Notes: generated by a model from the sequence alone, not told the origin. A stretch of 64,000 nt of DNA from Cyanobacteria bacterium P01_D01_bin.156 (GCA_039024555.1 JBCCQQ010000026.1:12239-76238); one strand, 5' to 3'. Shown: positions 48,225 to 60,100, counted from the stretch's first letter. Numbers and translations: made by a program.

Positions 48225-50101
48225 TTGTTCCTCGCCTTCGTCCCGGCCTAAATCTGGACCACCCCGTGCAGTGGCGCACCGCATCGCCTCTATGGCAACA
48301 GGCCGCCACCAATAATGAATCGTTGCTAAACCCGGCGATTTTGCGCTTTACTACCGACGATTTTATGGAGGATTTTTTGACGGTGGCCACCCGGTCTCCT
48401 GATCGGCTGGGGGAATGGCGGGTCCAAAAAGAAACCTGGCGTAAACCGGCTCCGATTCCGTCAGTTGTCTCATCCACATTAGCGCCCGCAGAAGACCTAG
48501 ACCCCGAGCTAGAAAGTCAGCCCTTAAAACTGTTTCAGCCCGCCCACCAGCGATATTATCTGGTGACGGCCAACCTAGTTTGCCGGATTCCGGGTTTTCC
48601 CGATCGCACCCTCAAAACCAATAATGACGAACAGGTCTCTTTTGTGGTGCGTCGATTTTTGCGCCCTGAGCCAGATGCTGAGCAGCAGGAACATGCTTTA
48701 GTCAATGGTGCGTGGCAGCCCTTAGACATCGGGGAAGAACAGCAGCTTCTCCCTGGAGAAGAGCAGAACCCGATGTTTCCCACGACCTATGTAGGGGGGA
48801 ATAGTTATCAGCGTCGGTTATTTGCAGGCTTAATTCCGGTTGGTAATCGAGAAGCCTACATGACCGCTGAGCGACAAACGGTTGCCTCAACGAGTAGCCT
48901 TGCCAGTGTTAGCGACAGAAATGAGGAACGGATTGAACAACTCTTAACTGTTTTAGGCATGGATGTCGCGGAGCCCTGGCGCGCGATTAATCGCTTAAAG
49001 GAGTTAGAAAACGATAAACTCCTAGAAGCAGCAATCGCTGGAGAGCTCAATCCAAGTACTGATCTAGACCCCCTAAATCAGGCTCGAGATAAATTGCAGC
49101 TGTCTTCCTGGTATGTACTGCTGGATTTTGCACGCTATCTACAGCGCTATTTACCTCAGGTTTGGACTCAGATTCAAACGAATCCTGATGGTTCAGTGCC
49201 GAGTAGTTTCCCTGGACGATCGCTGTTACTTGATTTGCAGGATGCAACATTTACACCACCACCCGATAATCTTCCAGTCACCCTAGAGAATGCACAATCT
49301 CAGCTTTTAGGTGACTCGGCAGAAACCGATGACACGGTAACCATGGCTGCAGCACTGGCAACAATTTTTGCCCAGGAAGACATGTTAGAAGGACAGTTTG
49401 CTTCCTACAAAAAAGGCGACACAAATTGGCCAACTACGCTATTTTTGCTCTGTGGTCGAGATGTGGAAAAAGTTGTCGATAGCCTGAGGGAGCTTATTAG
49501 AGAGGCCTTGATCGAAGATCCATCTGCCCTAAACCAGCGTATTCCCCTGGTGCCTCTCTCTCAAAAGATTTCAGCTACCTCACAAGATGACGACTATGAA
49601 GAGGATCAGTTTGTGATTCGCTGTGTATTCCAGCGTCCCCATTGCCCACCTAGTTTACGACCTACGGTGGTTAGTCAGCCTACGGTCTCGTTTCAGATGG
49701 CATCTTACTTTGACCCTGATGCTCCAGCGCGACCTATTCGTATTCCCATGCCCATAGATGCCTCTCCGGCAGGGTTGAGAAAGTTTGCCAAGAATACATC
49801 ATTTATTCTCTCCGATTCTCTCAGCTGCCAGATTGATAAAGCCCAGTCACTGACTTTTGGCGATTTAGTATTGTCTGTGTTGCCCTGGCCCTTTCGTAAG
49901 GGTCTAAATGTGAAAGCAGGCTGTAATGCAACCGGATTGGCGATTAGTAAAATCTGCACCCTCTCCATTCCCATCATCACGATTTGTGCCCTAATTCTAT
50001 TGTTCATTTTTGTGTTGCTATTGGACATTATTTTCAAGTGGGTGCCTTATCTGATTTTCTGTTTGCCATTACCCGGCCTCAAGGCAAAGGAGAGTGACTA
50101 A
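48218..50101 (+). CDS. CIS-associated protein with hydrophobic C-terminal segment
   Basis: Overlaps the spike stop codon; C-terminus ICTLSIPIITICALILLFIFVLLLDIIFKWVPYLIFCLPLP. Confidence 0.75.
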   Translation: MVVVPRLRPGLNLDHPVQWRTASPLWQQAATNNESLLNPAILRFTTDDFMEDFLTVATRSPDRLGEWRVQKETWRKPAPIPSVVSSTLAPAEDLDPELESQPLKLFQPAHQRYYLVTANLVCRIPGFPDRTLKTNNDEQVSFVVRRFLRPEPDAEQQEHALVNGAWQPLDIGEEQQLLPGEEQNPMFPTTYVGGNSYQRRLFAGLIPVGNREAYMTAERQTVASTSSLASVSDRNEERIEQLLTVLGMDVAEPWRAINRLKELENDKLLEAAIAGELNPSTDLDPLNQARDKLQLSSWYVLLDFARYLQRYLPQVWTQIQTNPDGSVPSSFPGRSLLLDLQDATFTPPPDNLPVTLENAQSQLLGDSAETDDTVTMAAALATIFAQEDMLEGQFASYKKGDTNWPTTLFLLCGRDVEKVVDSLRELIREALIEDPSALNQRIPLVPLSQKISATSQDDDYEEDQFVIRCVFQRPHCPPSLRPTVVSQPTVSFQMASYFDPDAPARPIRIPMPIDASPAGLRKFAKNTSFILSDSLSCQIDKAQSLTFGDLVLSVLPWPFRKGLNVKAGCNATGLAISKICTLSIPIITICALILLFIFVLLLDIIFKWVPYLIFCLPLPGLKAKESD

Positions 50102-50511
50102 TGGACAGTGCAAGAAACCCGGATATTGGACAACTCTTTGGTCGCAGTATTGCCTTTCCCCCTCGCATCGGTGCAGATGGTCGCATGGCCTGGTCCGAGG
50201 GGCCGCAAAATATTCGCGAATCGATTCAAATTATTCTCCAAACTGAGCTGGGAGAACGGCTGATGCTGCGGTCCTTTGGGGCTGGGTTGGGACGATTTTT
50301 GTTTGAGCCCAATACCACCGCCAACCGCCGTCTGATTCAAGAACGCATAGAGAATGCTCTACGGCTGTGGGAACCGCGTATTCGCCTACAGGATGTGCGG
50401 GTGGAGCCGGACCCTAACGATGGGCAACAGGTGATTATCACCCTTGAATACGGATTGGTAACAACGGGGGCGGCGGAACGTCTGGCCCTAACTATTAACT
50501 TGGGAGGTTAG
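50101..50511 (+). CDS. GPW/gp25 baseplate wedge protein (Afp9-like)
   Basis: IRESIQIILQTELGERLMLRSFG, LWEPRI. Confidence 0.93.
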   Translation: MDSARNPDIGQLFGRSIAFPPRIGADGRMAWSEGPQNIRESIQIILQTELGERLMLRSFGAGLGRFLFEPNTTANRRLIQERIENALRLWEPRIRLQDVRVEPDPNDGQQVIITLEYGLVTTGAAERLALTINLGG

Positions 50512-50521
50512 AGAAAGGACC

Positions 50522-52774
50522 ATGCCAATCAATGTTCCGCCTCTGGACGATCGTAACTATGCCGACATTTTGCAGGATGCCCTGGCTCGCATTCCTGTCC
50601 ATAACAAGGAGTGGACAAATTTTAATGACACTGACCCCGGTGTTACATTAATTCAACTCTTTGCCTTTATGACAGAGAGTATTCTCTATCGAGCCAATCA
50701 AATCCCAGAGCGAAATCGACTTAAGTTTTTGCAGCTGTTGGGGATTCCCCTGGTACCTGCAGCGGCAGCCCAAGGGTTTATCACCATCACCAATGACCGG
50801 GGGCCATTAAATACCCAAACCCTAGCCACAAACTTAGATGTCCGAGCCGGACAGGTGCGCTTTCGCACCACCCAGGGTCTAGATGTGCTGCCGATTACGG
50901 CCCAAATGTTTTACAAACGCCCCATAGAGAATACAGAAGAACAGGAGAATCTCTATCGACAGCTCTATGCCGATTTACTAGGAGAAGAGCAAGAACCGGC
51001 TTTTTATGAAACCGCGTCCATGGTGCAGCCCTTCCCCGATGGGTCACTGCCAACACTAGACCTAGCTGAAACCATCGATGGCTGTCTTTGGATTGCCCTG
51101 CTGGCCAGACCAGAAGAGGATCTAGACGTGACCAGGGCACAGCTGATGGGAAAAACGCTCACCCTAGGGATAATGCCGCGTCTGGATGAGGCGGGGGTGA
51201 GTGTTGCGGCGGGACAAAGCCAGCGGGCTGAGGCCCCCAACCCCCTTCGCTGGGAAATTGTCGATGCGGCAGATACTGTTGCGAACTATCGTCCCCTTGC
51301 CTCTCGCAGTGCCGGATCGGTGTTGGCAGCCCCCGGTTTGGTGGAGCTGGACTTACCGGGAACGGTGGCTCAGTTAACCTCCTGGAACTTTGCGGCACTG
51401 GAGCCCGGTTTGGAGGGCACCGGAGACTATCCGCCGTCTTTAATAGATACGGACGTGGGTGAACGTTTAATTACCTGGATTCGACTGCGGTTGGATAGGA
51501 CCACAGCTGCCACTGGCATTGTTAGTGGCACTGACAATGCCACTAACTCTCTCACGGCGCGTTTAAGCTGGATCGGTATCAATGCCACCCAGGTACAGCA
51601 GCGGGTACAGGTGGCTGGTGAATTGATGGGTACCGGAACGGGAGAACCGGATCAGGTGTTTCGTTTTGCCAATGTCCCGGTGATCCCCGAATCTGTCGTG
51701 TTGACCGTGGACAATGAACCTTGGCAACAGATTGATGATCTCCTCACGGCGGACCCGGAAGTCCCCATTGGCGATCCACGGTTGCCTGTGTATCGAGCTG
51801 AAGCTCCCGCTGCGGTTGCCTCACCCCGCACTCAAGTATTCACCTTAGATCCAGAATCCGGCATTGTTACCTTTGGTGATGGTGCCCACGGTGCTCGCCC
51901 CAGGGGACGAATTGTGGTGAGCTATGCCTTTGGGGGTGGGCTGCAGGGAAATGTGGGTATTGGTGCCATTAATCGTAGTCCCCAGCTGCCCGCTGGGTAT
52001 ACGGTGGCTAATCCGTTGCGTACCTGGGGCGGGGACAATGCCCAGGACACTAGCGGCGCAGAAAAGGGAATCTCTCGCTATGTGCAGCATCGCGATCGCT
52101 TAGTGGCGGTTCAAGATTTTGAAGATATTACCCGACAAACCCCCGGCATTGATTTAGGTCGTGTGGCGGTACTGCCCCTGTACGTCCCCACCAGTGACAC
52201 CGGCGGCACGATACCGGGGGCGGTTACCGTGATGGTGATTCCCGCTAGTACCAGCAATAACAATCCGCTACCGGATCAGTTCTTCTTAGAAGCGGTGTGC
52301 AATCATCTCCAACCCCGGCGTTTAGTCACCACGGAACTGCATGTGTACGGTCCCCAGTATGTAGATGTGTGGATATCTGTGGGGATTGAACTGTTGGGGG
52401 GCTATGGGGCTGGGCCGGTGCGAGAAGCGGTCAAACAAGAGCTGTATCGTTTCCTATCGCCTTTGTATGGAGGTCAACAGAATGGAGACCAACAGGGGAC
52501 AGGCTGGCCCCTTAATGTTTCTGTTTTACAGGCGGAACTAGAAGCTGTGGTGGCACGGGTTGATGGGGTGCGCCTGGTGAATGACCCGCTGCGGTTAGGT
52601 ACAGCAACCACCGATGATGTCACCACCATTGAGCTAACGGGGCTGATGCTACCGCGATTGGTAGGGGTATCGGTGGTCAGTGGTGCTGCCATTGCCCTGG
52701 ACCAGTTGCGAAATGCACCCTCTGTGGCCACTGCCCAATCAACACCGATTCCGGTGCTACCTGAGAGGTGTTAA
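50522..52774 (+). CDS. Baseplate J-like protein (Afp11-like)
   Basis: PPLDDRNY, WTNFNDTDPGVTLIQLF, FGDGAHG, RLVAVQDFE. Confidence 0.92.
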   Translation: MPINVPPLDDRNYADILQDALARIPVHNKEWTNFNDTDPGVTLIQLFAFMTESILYRANQIPERNRLKFLQLLGIPLVPAAAAQGFITITNDRGPLNTQTLATNLDVRAGQVRFRTTQGLDVLPITAQMFYKRPIENTEEQENLYRQLYADLLGEEQEPAFYETASMVQPFPDGSLPTLDLAETIDGCLWIALLARPEEDLDVTRAQLMGKTLTLGIMPRLDEAGVSVAAGQSQRAEAPNPLRWEIVDAADTVANYRPLASRSAGSVLAAPGLVELDLPGTVAQLTSWNFAALEPGLEGTGDYPPSLIDTDVGERLITWIRLRLDRTTAATGIVSGTDNATNSLTARLSWIGINATQVQQRVQVAGELMGTGTGEPDQVFRFANVPVIPESVVLTVDNEPWQQIDDLLTADPEVPIGDPRLPVYRAEAPAAVASPRTQVFTLDPESGIVTFGDGAHGARPRGRIVVSYAFGGGLQGNVGIGAINRSPQLPAGYTVANPLRTWGGDNAQDTSGAEKGISRYVQHRDRLVAVQDFEDITRQTPGIDLGRVAVLPLYVPTSDTGGTIPGAVTVMVIPASTSNNNPLPDQFFLEAVCNHLQPRRLVTTELHVYGPQYVDVWISVGIELLGGYGAGPVREAVKQELYRFLSPLYGGQQNGDQQGTGWPLNVSVLQAELEAVVARVDGVRLVNDPLRLGTATTDDVTTIELTGLMLPRLVGVSVVSGAAIALDQLRNAPSVATAQSTPIPVLPERC

Positions 52775-52777
52775 GCG

Positions 52778-55081
52778 ATGAGGGACGTTAACAACGGTCG
52801 ATATCATTTAGTGTTTGGTGAAGATGACTGGGATACCCTCAGCCATCAGGAGGGCCAGCCCAGAAAGTGGGAATACGACAGCCAGCGCCAGGGCATTCGT
52901 CTCCAGGCGGAGATTTTTCAGTTTGACCAGCTGGGAGCTTCACCGAACACCCTTTCCCCTGACCAACGGCGGGATAGCGATCGCGACTCCTACGGTCACT
53001 GGTATTGGATTGATCCAACCGGTACCCAGATCCAGGTACGCTGGGCCAATGCCAGCGGGGCTGAGATTCTGTTTCCCTCTAGCCCTGCCGACTGTCCAAC
53101 CGGGCCAACCCAGGATTTTCAACCGGTCACAGTGCCAGCAGAGGCCCCAGATGAACCCCTGGTGGGGCTGGCCATCGTGGCAGAAGGGTACCTGGTGGTG
53201 GGGTCTCCCACCACAGCTAGCTTGTTGGTGTTTGACCTCTACGCCTTAGATGGGGGCTATATTCGCCTACCGCTACCCGCCATAGATTCACAACCCATTG
53301 ACTTAGCGGCCCTGGCCGATGGCGGGCTGTTGGTACTGGATCAAAACCGGCGGGTGTGGCGATACGATCGTTATTTACGGCCAGAAGAGTCTTCTAACCC
53401 TGCAGAACTTACCCTGTTTCAACCCAAAACAGGTCAACCACGCCGTCAAGTTGCCCCAGCCACGGGCACTGCCACTCTCCTCTCGGAAACCACTAATCCC
53501 ATCGCCCTGAGTGTTCTCCCCAATGGCTCTTTTTGGGTGCTCGATCAGCCTGCGGTGGGAGCCTCTGTTCTCTGGCACTATGGAGCCAACGGTGTCCAAT
53601 CGGTTGAACTGGTAACCGCTAATTTAGTTGACACCGATGCCGATGATTTAGACCTGGGGCAAATTCGCGCTTATGACCTGGCCTACCTACCCGATGCCCA
53701 GGGAGCCACCGGTACATTGTTTGTGGTGGATGTCTCTGGCAATCAGGCCTATGGTCTCAGGGTGGTTTCCCTAGAGCCCCTGGTGCTCAGGGTTGAGCGA
53801 CGTTACTACCCCATGCGTAGCTTTGATGGTGTCACCCTGGTGCCGGGGTGGGCCGATGGCGAGGTTTATTACCACCAGTCAGGGGATCGCTGGCTGCCCA
53901 TTAAAGCCCTGCCCCGACAAAAATATGAGACCCAGGGGTCGCTAGTGCTCTCCCCTACTTTGGGACAGGCCTTTCTGGATGGACGGGAGCCCAACTGTTT
54001 ATGGCATCGCCTCTGTGTCGATGCTTGCTTACCCCCAGATACTCAACTACAGGTTGAATGTCGCGCCGCCGACAATATTGATCATTTAGGGTTGGAGTCT
54101 TGGCAGCTGCAGCCCTCTCCATACCAGCGTCCTAGTACCGAAATTCCCTATTCATCCATGTGGAGTGAGGCCGAGCTGACCAAGCCGGATACGGGCACTT
54201 GGGAGCTGTTGTTTCAAGATATTCAGGGACGCTATTTAGAATTGCGGCTCACCCTAGTGGGCAATGGTCGTAGTACGCCACTGGTGCGATCGCTACGGGT
54301 GCACTACCCCCGTTTTTCCTATCTGCGGGAATATCTCCCTAAGGTGTACCAACAGGATCCCGTTTCCGTGAGCTTTTTAGATCGGTTCCTGGCAAATCCA
54401 GAGGGCGTGTTTACCACCGTAGAGGGGTTAATTGCCCAGGTCCAAACCCTGTTTGATGTGCGCACGGTGCCCACGGATGCAGTGGACTGGCTCGCCAGCT
54501 GGATTGGGCTGGCCTTAGATCCCGGCTGGAGTGACTATCAGCGACGGTTGTTAATTGCCCAGGCCCCCTACTTTTTCCAGCGACGCGGTACCCAGATAGG
54601 TCTGTTACAGGCCATTTTGCTCACCATTTATCCCGAATTTGGTCCCCAAATTTTTCAAGACAATGTGGCAGAACTTTGCCCCACCGTGCGCATTGTGGAA
54701 CGATTTTTGACCCGCACCCAGCCCGGTATCGTGGCCGGGGACCCCACCGATCCAGAATTGACCCTGACGGGGGATATTATCAACGACGCCAAAGCCCGTG
54801 CCCACCGGTTCACCGTCATGGTGCCCACCACGCTTTCGGCCAATACCCAACAACTAGTGGAACGTATTGTCACCCTAGAAAAACCCGCCCACACCGCCTT
54901 TACCCTCAAACAATATTGGGCCTTGTTTCGGGTAGGGGAAGTACGTCTGGGTCTAGATACTGTCCTGGGCCAGGGAGGCCAGTTTGACACCTTCCGTCTG
55001 GGACAGTTCGCTCTCGCCGAAGCGTCCCTAGGCACTGCTTTTCCCTACAGTTTGACCAATCGAACCGTCATCGCTCACTAA
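52778..55081 (+). CDS. Baseplate/tail protein I-like with N-terminal beta-propeller (Afp12-like)
   Basis: YLPKVYQ, FLDRFLANPEG, WLASWIG, RRGT, EKPAHT. Confidence 0.85.
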   Translation: MRDVNNGRYHLVFGEDDWDTLSHQEGQPRKWEYDSQRQGIRLQAEIFQFDQLGASPNTLSPDQRRDSDRDSYGHWYWIDPTGTQIQVRWANASGAEILFPSSPADCPTGPTQDFQPVTVPAEAPDEPLVGLAIVAEGYLVVGSPTTASLLVFDLYALDGGYIRLPLPAIDSQPIDLAALADGGLLVLDQNRRVWRYDRYLRPEESSNPAELTLFQPKTGQPRRQVAPATGTATLLSETTNPIALSVLPNGSFWVLDQPAVGASVLWHYGANGVQSVELVTANLVDTDADDLDLGQIRAYDLAYLPDAQGATGTLFVVDVSGNQAYGLRVVSLEPLVLRVERRYYPMRSFDGVTLVPGWADGEVYYHQSGDRWLPIKALPRQKYETQGSLVLSPTLGQAFLDGREPNCLWHRLCVDACLPPDTQLQVECRAADNIDHLGLESWQLQPSPYQRPSTEIPYSSMWSEAELTKPDTGTWELLFQDIQGRYLELRLTLVGNGRSTPLVRSLRVHYPRFSYLREYLPKVYQQDPVSVSFLDRFLANPEGVFTTVEGLIAQVQTLFDVRTVPTDAVDWLASWIGLALDPGWSDYQRRLLIAQAPYFFQRRGTQIGLLQAILLTIYPEFGPQIFQDNVAELCPTVRIVERFLTRTQPGIVAGDPTDPELTLTGDIINDAKARAHRFTVMVPTTLSANTQQLVERIVTLEKPAHTAFTLKQYWALFRVGEVRLGLDTVLGQGGQFDTFRLGQFALAEASLGTAFPYSLTNRTVIAH

Positions 55082-55102
55082 CCCGCTCTCGAGGAATGCC
55101 CC

Positions 55103-57187
55103 ATGTCCAAACCGTTTCACCTCTGTCCCGATTTAAGTGAACTGCACCTCCATGAACGTTTGAACTATGTTCTGGGGCAGGTGCTGGGTGTAAAAGACTT
55201 CCAGCAAGAACAGGTTTACTTTCTCCACAAAGCGCGTCTCCATAATCGCAGTCTTCACGGCTATGGCACCGTGTGGGGTCTGGATGTCAGCACCGAGGTT
55301 ACTGATGAGGACATTGAGATTCGAGTGGCTCCTGGGTTTGCCCTAGATACCCAAGGCAGAGAAGTGTGGGTGGATGCCCTCCAGTGTGCCAAGCTCAACG
55401 CCTGGTTGACTGCAGCGGTGGAAGAAGGGGCTGAAACTTCGAATCTAGACACACTGACTCCCATTGGGGAAGACTCTTCCACTCTGGCTGTTTATGTCAC
55501 CCTGTGTTATCGCCCCTGCAAAACTAATGCCCAACCCATCCTAGGCAATCCCTGTCGCACCGACAGTGGTGAAGAGGGCGTCATTCAATACACCCGCATT
55601 CGGGACGATTTTGAACTTCAGCTGCGGTCCCAGCCGCCTCTACAGCATGAGGAGAATTGGGTACGAGCGATGGCCGATGTGTTGGCCCTAATTGAGATTG
55701 ATGCTGAGGCAGAAGAGCTTACTCCAGAAGAACAAACTACCCTAGAACAAACATTACGAAACAGCATTGACGATCCGGCGAGCATTGATGATTTAGAGCC
55801 TTTCACAGTTCCTGGAAATCAGGCAGAAGATATTCTCCGAGAGCTGTTTCGGTATTGGGTAACCAACACCCGCCCTACACTGGATTTACTGCACAATCCA
55901 GTGCTGCGAATTCTAGAAAAAATTGAGATTGATCCAGAGGCTGAGGCTTTAGAAGAAGACGCTTTAGCGGCCCAGCTGGCAGCTTTTACGGACGCTCTGG
56001 ATAGTTATATAGAAACTAAAAGCTTAGATGCCATTGATGCCCTGGAATCTGTGACCGTGGCCCCTGAAACATCAGCGGCATTGCGACGGGATATTTTGCA
56101 ATATTGGGCCAGTCAACCAGATTCTTGTAAGACCACTGAAGATGACTGCATATTGTTGGCAGCGGTACAGTTTGAGCTGACTCCAGACAACACAGCAGAT
56201 GAAACGACGCTCTTAGTCGAGAATCTACAGCGCCCCTACCTGTTGCACACTCGGCTACTGCAAGAGCTGATATTAAAGGGTGGGTTCCAGGGAGCGCAGG
56301 GAGCCCAAGGCCCGAGAGGTCCCCGGGGGCTGCGGGGACAGCAAGGAGAGCCTGGCAACGATGCGGACATTACCATTGGTACGGTAACCACAGGAGCACC
56401 AGGCAGCGATGCTAGCGTCACGAATTCTGGAACACCCACCAATGCCATATTAGATTTTGTCATTCCTAGGGGGAGTCCGGGAGAAGGGGGCACCGGCACC
56501 TCTACAGAAGTAACCGTAGGAGAAACAACAACCGGGGCTCCGGGTAGTGAAGCCAGTGTCACTAACTCGGGGACCGCCACCAATGTGGTGTTGGACTTCA
56601 CGATTCCCCAAGGGGAGCGGGGCACTCGCGGCACAAGAGGGTTACGTGGACCGGCTGGTATCGGACTGGATCAGCTGATTTTGCGCCCCGTTGACATGTT
56701 GGTAGTGGGCAGGAGTGGCCCTCCAGAAAATCTGTTAAACCCGGAACTCACTCCAGCTGAGTTTAGTCCCATTAACGGATATCCGGCCCTGGCGTTTAGT
56801 CAGAACCGTAACTTTACCTCCTTTTCCACCCTGCGTCCCACCAGCCTAGAACCCGGCCAGGTGCCATTGTTAGAGCTTTACTGTACAGCCCAAGAAACTC
56901 AAGTATTTTGGGAGATTCATTGGCGGTGGCTGCGTTCCCTGGCACCAGGTGAGCCTTTACGACAAGATGCCCGGTTAACAACCACTCAATTTCTCAACAA
57001 TTCTAATAATCTGTTACAGATGGAGCTACAGCGGTTTCATCTTCATCGTAGTGAACCCGTCAGGCTAGCCCTAACAGAAGACGTAGAGGAACCCGACTAT
57101 TTAGTTGTTCATCTGGTGCCTAGAACAGAACTCGGCAGGGAAGAACAACTGTATTTGTTAATGGCTCAACTACGGTGGGAGGTCTAA
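55103..57187 (+). CDS. Collagen-repeat tail-fibre-like protein
   Basis: RLNYVLGQVL..DFQQEQ.Y...HNRSLHGYGTVWGL N-terminus; GxY repeats; duplicated TTGAPGS.ASVTNSGT unit. Confidence 0.75.
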   Translation: MSKPFHLCPDLSELHLHERLNYVLGQVLGVKDFQQEQVYFLHKARLHNRSLHGYGTVWGLDVSTEVTDEDIEIRVAPGFALDTQGREVWVDALQCAKLNAWLTAAVEEGAETSNLDTLTPIGEDSSTLAVYVTLCYRPCKTNAQPILGNPCRTDSGEEGVIQYTRIRDDFELQLRSQPPLQHEENWVRAMADVLALIEIDAEAEELTPEEQTTLEQTLRNSIDDPASIDDLEPFTVPGNQAEDILRELFRYWVTNTRPTLDLLHNPVLRILEKIEIDPEAEALEEDALAAQLAAFTDALDSYIETKSLDAIDALESVTVAPETSAALRRDILQYWASQPDSCKTTEDDCILLAAVQFELTPDNTADETTLLVENLQRPYLLHTRLLQELILKGGFQGAQGAQGPRGPRGLRGQQGEPGNDADITIGTVTTGAPGSDASVTNSGTPTNAILDFVIPRGSPGEGGTGTSTEVTVGETTTGAPGSEASVTNSGTATNVVLDFTIPQGERGTRGTRGLRGPAGIGLDQLILRPVDMLVVGRSGPPENLLNPELTPAEFSPINGYPALAFSQNRNFTSFSTLRPTSLEPGQVPLLELYCTAQETQVFWEIHWRWLRSLAPGEPLRQDARLTTTQFLNNSNNLLQMELQRFHLHRSEPVRLALTEDVEEPDYLVVHLVPRTELGREEQLYLLMAQLRWEV

Positions 57188-60100
57188 ATGAACAGTCAAT
57201 TTTTAGACGCTGTTTTTACCGATGGGATTCAGCACCCCAACTTTTTTAATGGGCGCATTCTCACCGCCAGCGACCTGCGGGATGAACAGGCGGCCAATTT
57301 GCAGCGCTCTCGCTATCTGGGTCAGGCTGTTGGGTCCGGTGTTGCCTATGGCCTGCAGGTTACCGGTGGTCAAACCGCTCTGTCGATTACCGCAGGTCTC
57401 GCTATTAATCGTCGCGGCGATGGGCTGTGTTTGCCTGCTGTCACCACCGTTGAGCTGGTCTTAACCGAACCGTTGGGCAATCCCCAGTCTCCCTTTGTGC
57501 CCTGCGATGTGGCTGGAGCGACCACCCTAACGGGGCAAATTTCCACAGGATATTATCTTTTGGCCATTACCAGTGCTACCCGGTTGTCGATTACCATGGC
57601 CCCCAACTCGGGGTTAGATGGTGATAGTCCGGGCTGCACTAACCGCTATGAAGAGATGGGGGTGCAGTTTAAGCTCATATCCCTAATCAACGATGATTTT
57701 GTTAGCCCCATTCCAACCACGGCATTAGATCGCAGTCGTCTGGCCCACGAATGTTTTGGCACCAACCAGCTCAGGGTGATTGCGGCTGAACCGCAGCAGC
57801 AGCCCACCACCTATGGCCTGGTGGATAGACTGTACGAAAATAGCCGATTAACGGACTGCGATGTGCCCCTGGCGGTATTTCATTTTCAGGCATCGGTCTT
57901 ACAGTTTGTAGATATGTGGCCGGTACGACGTTTGGCCATAGCAAGCACCCACTGGGACGCTTACCTACAGGACCCCTTTAGCGGCTATATTACCCCCCGA
58001 CGGGAGGCGGAAGCTGCGGCATTTCTGCTACAGTTTCAAGCTCACTTAGAAGACTTGCGCACCACAGGCAGCCCAACAACGTTAGTGGCTGAAGACTATT
58101 TCGAATATTTGCCTGCTGCGGGTTATTTACCCATCCGGTCAACGTCAACAAACAGCCGCCGATTTCGAGTGGACGACTTTTTTAACACTCAGAATTTGCC
58201 AACCGAACCCTTGCTGCCGGAGCAACTCCGAGCGCTGTTCCAGGAGTCTTTTTATAGAGCGCCTATCCGTCCAGGCCTAGACGATGTAGATATTTACCAG
58301 GTGGTGGGTGCCCCCGACCTTGACCCCTATCGTATTTTTGTGCGCCGCACCCCCATTTTGTTGTCAGAGCCTGAGGATGAGCCTGGGGATGAGCCGCCGG
58401 CTGCTTCGGGAGACTTATACGTGGTTGTTCTGTCTAGAACAGGAGAAGAGATTGACGCTGATTATATTCAGTTTGTACGGGCTACTAACATACAGACGGG
58501 ACGAATTTACGTGGCTACCAAACGAGCTAAGCAGCCTCCCTTTGGTTCATTTAGTCAACGTACCTATGCAGCCTATGTAAAAGGAGCTCAAGAAGCAACG
58601 AGACTGAAGTATGCAGCCGTCAACACAGCTGTTACAGAAAATCGCCGTACTTTTCAGATCGAGAGCCGAAACCCTGGTCCTTACATCTTTAACGACTTGC
58701 CAGCGGGCACTTACACAGTCAATGTCGAACCCACCCTGTCTAATCTCTATGGCCCAGGGAAAGTGGTTACCGTTAGAGCTAAGGTAACTACCACTACTGA
58801 CATCATTGTTGGTGTCTACGGTAGCTCATTCCCCATTAACGTGGACATTGCTGATGACTATCTCAACCCCGAGGGCGTTATTGTAGAGGGGTATCGAGTC
58901 AATGTCCTTTGGCCAACCTATTACGTTGAGTGGGAGAAAGATTTGTTTGCCCCCAATGTAGGAGACCCGCCTGGCGAGGACTGGGTCCTACGCGATGATC
59001 CGTTAGTCGCGCTGCAGCTAGAAGAAGTCATGGAACGTCAGGGAATTAATGATCCGCGAGTGGCAACGGCAGATGCGGTGATCTATATCCGTCGAGATTA
59101 CAATCCCACCCAGACAAGTGAGACGGTTACTGCCTTTGTCCAAACCCGTGATGGCAGTCGGTTCCCAGCGGTGCCCTTGGCGGCTGATAATGCCCTGGAT
59201 AAACCGGCTACGGTGGATCGAACCGAAATTTCTGACTTTGATCGGGCGACGGTGGACCAGCTACAGAACGTGGGACTGGCTGGGGTGGATGCGATCGCAA
59301 GCGCCCCCACTAAACTCATCGCGGGTGTTCTGGGACAATCCGTTGAATACAGCACCAGCCTGATTAACGATGCCCAAACCACACTTCAGGAAGACTTTCG
59401 TAACGGGTATCTCGGATATCCCGGCATTACCAAAGCCCAAAGCGATGACCTAAAGGCATCCTTTGGCGACCGGGTAGAGTTGGCCAATGCCACTCCAGAG
59501 GACCTATCTGCCATCTTAGGAGACCGTGCCAGCAGTGGATTTGTGAATCGCTTTTTAGCCGATGTCAGCAATTCCGTGCCCACCTCGGCCATCGACCTAG
59601 CCTCTGTAGGGATTTCAGAGGCAGACCAGGCTAACCTGGCAGAAATTGGCGTCACCACTAACAAAACATTTCGTGATTTAGGGGCCACAGCAGCAGGCCG
59701 TGAGCAGCTGCAAGAAACCCTGAATGTTTCAGAAGCAACCGTCAATCGCTATCTAGAAACAGCGGCGGTTAACTATGCTCAAGGGCAGCTAATCACGGCC
59801 CCAGAGAAAAGTATTGGCACTCTGGTAGGAGTGCCTGCGGATGTCAAAGCCACCTTAGCCAATGCCGGCATTGGTTCGGCCAAGGAGCTAGCCAATGCAG
59901 ATCCAGATGAAATCGTTACCGTCACCGGCATCTCCCGTGAAGAGACAACAGGGATTATTGAGTCGGCTATTCCCTTTGGTTCCAGAGCCAATATTACCCT
60001 CGTACAGGGGGCACTAAAGTCCGACGTTGATGTAGAAACTATTGAAAGCGCAGGTTTAACCAGTGCTAGGGCAATCTCCCGTGCCGATACAGAAAGAGTC

